Shown here: positions 24,245 to 28,271 of the stretch, piece after piece | How the letters are laid out: each line of letters opens with the position of its first letter | Numbering within the stretch: position 1 is the first letter of the stretch | Source: an uncultured Methanosarcinales archaeon | GTDB lineage: Archaea > Nanobdellota > Nanobdellia > Woesearchaeales > JAGVYU01 | Reading direction: 5' to 3' | Length of the DNA stretch: 28,271 nt | Assembly (NCBI GenBank): GCA_964533475.1 | Contig: CAZHJH010000001.1 | Span: forward strand, 1,485 to 29,755 | Notes under the pieces: model-generated | The model's database searches: none | Told to the model about the DNA's origin: nothing | Seen by the model: only the letters and a program-made list of their open reading frames with translations | Program-made: the position numbers and the translations under genes

Positions 24245-24562
24245 ATGGATTTGCGTCATGCCCTTGCCGAATGGCTGTTGAATGCTGCTAATCTTCAGTA
24301 TCGTGCGGGTCTTCATGCTGATGCCATTAATGCTGTGGCGTTTGCGTACGGGCTTGTGCATCATGATCTCACAGAAGAGCGTACAAAACGCGCAGTCCTA
24401 TTGTCACATGTCCTTCATGAGGCAGCGGGTTTGCCACAAACGCACGTTCATCTGGCGCTTGCTGAGGGGTGTGTGAGGGCCGAGCATCTCTGGCAAAATC
24501 CTGGTTTGATTGCTCAAATTCCTCTTCCAGCGAAAACCTACTTGAGTTACCCCCTCCAGTAA
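24245..24562 (+). CDS. Hypothetical helical protein (105 aa)
   Basis: ORF with TATA CTTATAAA (24215-24222) ending 22 nt upstream. Confidence 0.65.
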   Translation: MDLRHALAEWLLNAANLQYRAGLHADAINAVAFAYGLVHHDLTEERTKRAVLLSHVLHEAAGLPQTHVHLALAEGCVRAEHLWQNPGLIAQIPLPAKTYLSYPLQ

Positions 24563-24597
24563 CGTTTATATAACCTTCGAGATTATCACTTTGGACC

Positions 24598-25641
24598 ATG
24601 ATAGCTACACAAAAACTCGTTTCCAAAGAGGACATTTTTCCTGATATTATTGGCCAGGATCCCACAAAGAATCAACTTCGTACTGCACTGTTAACGCAAC
24701 GCCACATCGTTCTCATCGGCGCTCCGGGTATTGGGAAAACCACCCTAGCGAAGAGCATAGCAAGGCTCCTGCCTGATGAGGAGGTAATGGATTGCGAGTT
24801 TCATTGCTCAATTAATGCGCCCGCATGCCCGTTATGCCGCGCAGGAAAAACGAAGCGGAAGAAAATACTAAAGGGAGAAGATCGTTTTGTAAGGGTGCAG
24901 GGAAGCCCCGATCTCACTGCAGAGGATCTTTTAGGGGATATTGATCCTATTAAAGCGCTGCAATTCGGCCCTCTGAGCCTTGAAGCGTTCACTCCCGGAA
25001 AAATATTCCGGGCAAATCAAGGCATCTTGTTCTTTGACGAGGTCAATAGATGCCCTGAGCGGCTTCAGAACGCGTTGCTGCAAGTGTTGGAAGAGGGCAA
25101 GGCGACGATTGGAAGTTACGTGCTTGAGTTTCCCGCGTCGTTTTTATTCATTGGAACGATGAATCCTGAGGATTCTTCTACTGAAAAATTGAGCGACGTC
25201 TTTCTGGACCGTTTTGACATGATCTATTTAGGATACCCGGAGTCCTTGGATATTGAGAAAGCCATCGTATTGAAGAAAGGAAAGAAGCTCGATGTCATCT
25301 GTTCTGACCATATGCTCGAGGTCATGATCTATTTTGTGCGAATGCTCCGCCAGGATGAGAATATCCAGAGGAAACCCTCCGTACGGGCAACATTGGGGTT
25401 GTATGAACGCTCGCAGGCGAATGCGCTCCTTAATGGCAGGGAGGTCACGCTTGAAGACATCCGTGAAGCGGTGATCTCTGTGCTCGCTCACCGAATTGAG
25501 CTCAAGCCATCTGTTAAGTATTTGCGTTCTTCGCTTGAATATTTACGCGACGAGTTCAAGAAGTACTCTGAGGAGATCAGGCAGAATAAGCTCAGAAGTT
25601 TTAAACAAACGGATGAGCATGAAAGGGGGGATTTTCGGTAG
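24598..25641 (+). CDS. AAA+ ATPase, Mg-chelatase subunit I/MoxR-like
   Basis: DIIGQD, Walker A GAPGIGKT, GILFFDEVNR, QNALLQVLEEG, GTMNPE and FLDRF. Cys-rich insert CEFHC...CPLC. Confidence 0.9.
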   Translation: MIATQKLVSKEDIFPDIIGQDPTKNQLRTALLTQRHIVLIGAPGIGKTTLAKSIARLLPDEEVMDCEFHCSINAPACPLCRAGKTKRKKILKGEDRFVRVQGSPDLTAEDLLGDIDPIKALQFGPLSLEAFTPGKIFRANQGILFFDEVNRCPERLQNALLQVLEEGKATIGSYVLEFPASFLFIGTMNPEDSSTEKLSDVFLDRFDMIYLGYPESLDIEKAIVLKKGKKLDVICSDHMLEVMIYFVRMLRQDENIQRKPSVRATLGLYERSQANALLNGREVTLEDIREAVISVLAHRIELKPSVKYLRSSLEYLRDEFKKYSEEIRQNKLRSFKQTDEHERGDFR

Positions 25642-26815
25642 CAGCCCTGTCCCCGTAGAGCGAACATCTAATGTCGAGGAAAAGACAGGAAAGCTTGATC
25701 ATCAGACCCATGAGCCAAAGCTCATGAGCACCGTGCTCCCCAATGATAAAAAAGCCGTTGACCAGGGTAGGTTAATCCGGGATTCAATCAATCAGGGGAT
25801 TTCTTCATTTACTCCGGACTTATTTATGGAGCAGCTCGTGAAGAGCTATAGCCTGGCGAAGAAGATATACGGAGAAAGTCTTATCAGGCTCATCTCGGGC
25901 TATGATCCGAATTATCTTAAGCGCAACATTCATATTCCTGAATTCCAAAGGGAGCTGCAGAAGCAGATTATGAAGCATGTTGATGTCTTAAAGGAAGACC
26001 GCATTATTGATAACGATAACACGTTCACGGAACACGCGTATGATCTTGCTGCACTCGCTTTGTACACGGATGAGCTCGATAAGCTCACTCCGCAGGGAGT
26101 TACGGGAGAGAAAATCCATAAGAAGGCGTCTTTGTATGGGGAGAGGCAGGATACAAAGCCGTATCAGAAACATGACCGATACCGGGACATTGCCCTCAAG
26201 CGTTCTTTGAAAACCGCGATTCGCAGGGGACATACCGAGTTGAATGCAGGGGATTTGAAGTCATTCGAGCGTGAGTCCAAGGGCGCCGTGCATCTTTTGT
26301 ACGCGCTTGACGCTTCCGGCTCCATGAAAGGAAAAAAGATTGAGATGTGCAAGCGCGCCGGTGTTGCCCTGGCGTATCGTGCCATTCAGCGGAAGGACAA
26401 AGTGGGCTTAATCGTTTTTGGGACAGAAGTGAGGGATATGATTCCCCCGACGAGTGATTTTGTCATGCTCCTACGCCATATCACGAAAGTCCGGGCTTCG
26501 CGCGAGACAAATATCGCGGAGACGCTTCACAAAAGCATTGAGCTCTTTCCCGATGCGCACGTGACGAGGCACGTCATGATCATTACGGACGCGTTGCCCA
26601 CGATTGGAAAAGACCCGGAGCGTGATGTGCTCGATGCGGTTGCGATGGCGAGGAGCAGCAACATATCGGTTTCCGTCATTGGTATTCAGCTTGATGCCCG
26701 GGGAGAGGAGCTCGCGAAGAAGATCGTCGAAATCGGTGATGGCAATCTGTTCATCTGCAAGAATATCGAGCATTTAGACGCGATCATTTTGGATGATTAT
26801 TACGGATATCTCTAA
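25619..26815 (+). CDS. VWA-domain protein (chelatase D/MoxR partner-like)
   Basis: MIDAS DASGS, TNIAE.L and IITDA. Overlaps the ATPase 3' end. Start uncertain (25613/25619). Confidence 0.88.
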   Translation: MKGGIFGSSPVPVERTSNVEEKTGKLDHQTHEPKLMSTVLPNDKKAVDQGRLIRDSINQGISSFTPDLFMEQLVKSYSLAKKIYGESLIRLISGYDPNYLKRNIHIPEFQRELQKQIMKHVDVLKEDRIIDNDNTFTEHAYDLAALALYTDELDKLTPQGVTGEKIHKKASLYGERQDTKPYQKHDRYRDIALKRSLKTAIRRGHTELNAGDLKSFERESKGAVHLLYALDASGSMKGKKIEMCKRAGVALAYRAIQRKDKVGLIVFGTEVRDMIPPTSDFVMLLRHITKVRASRETNIAETLHKSIELFPDAHVTRHVMIITDALPTIGKDPERDVLDAVAMARSSNISVSVIGIQLDARGEELAKKIVEIGDGNLFICKNIEHLDAIILDDYYGYL

Positions 26816-26853
26816 GGGAAATTCTTATAAACCGCGCCATGACTCCCTGGCGT

Positions 26854-27447
26854 ATGAGAATACTTGCGTTTGTTGATGTGCATGGTTCAAAGGCTGCCCT
26901 GAAAAAGCTGAGGGAGAAAGCGCAAAAAGCGGATCTGCTCATATGCGCCGGGGATGTCTCCATCTTTGAGCATGGGATGTCCGCGATTGTTGAGGAGTTG
27001 GATCGATTTGGCAAGCCCTTGCTGATTGTTCATGGCAATCATGAGTCTGAGTCTTCCCTGAGGAAGGCGTGCAAGGGCTCGAAGAATATTCTCTGGCTTC
27101 ATGATCAATTGGTTCTTGTTGAAAATTTCGCTTTTTTTGGGCATGGCGGCGGAGGATTTTCTCTGGAGGATAAGGAGTTTGAGGCGTCTGCAAAAGTGTG
27201 GCTCGGAAAGATTCCGTCAGGAAAAAAGTTTGTCTTCGTGACCCATGCCCCCGCCTATAAAACTGCTCTGGATGCTTTGGCTGATGATCATGTGGGGAAT
27301 AAGAGCTACCGCGAGTTTATTCTCGCAACAAAGCCCCTGGTCCACATCTGCGGTCATCTTCATGAGAACGCGGGCAAGCATGACCAGATTGGAAAGACGC
27401 TGAGCATTAATCCCGGCCCCGTGGGAAAATTTATACGGGTCAACTAG
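26854..27447 (+). CDS. Calcineurin-like metallophosphoesterase (Icc-like)
   Basis: DVHG, AGDVS, GNHE, THAP, CGHLHE and INPG. ATG 26854 is 22 nt after TATA 26824-26831. Confidence 0.9.
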   Translation: MRILAFVDVHGSKAALKKLREKAQKADLLICAGDVSIFEHGMSAIVEELDRFGKPLLIVHGNHESESSLRKACKGSKNILWLHDQLVLVENFAFFGHGGGGFSLEDKEFEASAKVWLGKIPSGKKFVFVTHAPAYKTALDALADDHVGNKSYREFILATKPLVHICGHLHENAGKHDQIGKTLSINPGPVGKFIRVN

Positions 27448-27499
27448 CGCGTTGTCTAGGCATTTAAGACTATAAATGTTTTTAAAGTGAGTTCTGACA

Positions 27500-28271
27500 A
27501 TGTTACATATGGACAAATCGCAGCTTATTAAGGGATTGGATTCCTTTCTGGCGTATGTAGGGCTTGTGAGGTCTGCCAAAGCTCGTGACGATGCTCATGC
27601 ATTGCAGCAGGATCTGGATAATGCGCAGGCGGTCATACGCGAGCAGTCTGCCAGAATCTTAAAGTTTGAGTCAGATCTTGAGCACATGATCGGCGAACAT
27701 GAGGAGGAGATGGAGCGTTTTCACACTTCAGATGAGCAATATACGCAGCTGGCTAAGCATGCTGAGTCATTACAGGAACAGCTATTGACCGCGTTTTCAG
27801 CGATAAATCAATTGACCAGCCAAAATGAGCGTCGAATACGGACAATAAGGAAAATGGCCCTGAAATACAAAAATCTAAATGATCAGGATAGGAGGCACCA
27901 GTTTCTGATTGAGCAGCTGTCTGCAGGGAGGAAGCACCTTATGCATGCGAATTACGAGCTGCGAAGTCAAGTTGCCTTTATTGCAGCGGAGTATGCGAGA
28001 ACTGCGCTCGAGTCCCCCCATCTTCCTTTTTTTGCGTTGAATCCTGAAGGGGTCGTTGCATTTTGTTCGAAGCAGGCAGCTTCCTATCTTCGAATTCCGA
28101 AAGAGATGATTTACAACCACCCGCTTTCCGACTTTATTGAGGACCCTGCACAAAAAGACGTTTTTGAACGAGGATTGGATCGGCTTGCAAGAAGGGTGGC
28201 TCCGTTGTTCAAAATGTACGCGGATGTGACCGTTCGTTCGTCTCCTTATCCTTCGGTTGTTACGGCGAAGG
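27500..28271 (+). CDS. Coiled-coil + PAS-like domain protein; partial (runs off the right edge)
   Basis: Not in the ORF track. Hand translation MLHMDKSQLIKG... is open to the end, with a heptad-rich region followed by ALESPHLPFFALNPEGVVAFCSKQAASYLRIPKEMIYNHPLSDFIE (PAS-like pattern). TATA 27470-27477 ends 22 nt upstream. Confidence 0.75.
   Translation, partial: MLHMDKSQLIKGLDSFLAYVGLVRSAKARDDAHALQQDLDNAQAVIREQSARILKFESDLEHMIGEHEEEMERFHTSDEQYTQLAKHAESLQEQLLTAFSAINQLTSQNERRIRTIRKMALKYKNLNDQDRRHQFLIEQLSAGRKHLMHANYELRSQVAFIAAEYARTALESPHLPFFALNPEGVVAFCSKQAASYLRIPKEMIYNHPLSDFIEDPAQKDVFERGLDRLARRVAPLFKMYADVTVRSSPYPSVVTAK

Noticed and set aside
1-28271. Mobile elements, prophage, rRNA or tRNA genes
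   Set aside because: No transposase, integrase, capsid or terminal inverted repeats, and no rRNA/tRNA signatures were recognised by eye. A tRNAscan-SE/Infernal run would be needed to exclude divergent RNAs.

Overview
A 28.3-kb, gene-dense archaeal segment. The gene content and promoter style point to a DPANN/Nanobdellota archaeon, probably Woesearchaeota-like; this placement is inference. Most genes have a TATA box ending 21-25 nt before the ATG, i.e. leaderless transcripts. A minority carry strong GGAGG/GGTGA Shine-Dalgarno (SD) sites. Housekeeping genes are translin, bacterial-type tgt, bacterial-type non-discriminating aspS, a Macro domain, gatCAB, herA-mre11, oapABC-polX, a COG1750 Lon-like surface protease, type IA topoisomerase, a chelatase/MoxR-like AAA+ with a VWA partner, a metallophosphoesterase and a partial coiled-coil/PAS protein. 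Accessory secreted genes are interspersed: a TolB-like propeller, two Cys-rich proteins and a lipoprotein. No rRNA, tRNA, CRISPR array or transposase was recognised. The most unusual signal is at 18685-18950, where an orphan promoter precedes an apparently non-coding RNA of about 225 nt. It has ~54-nt periodic units of an anti-SD motif (AUCACCUC), a U-tract and a long GNRA/UUCG hairpin, inside an islet punctuated by TTGTAAYYACT repeats. Other leads are a ~78% GC structured element (567-643), a Tgt with a queuine-salvage-type pocket, a two-repeat highly basic 81-aa protein, and an unannotated 31-aa acidic ORF coupled to the Macro gene.
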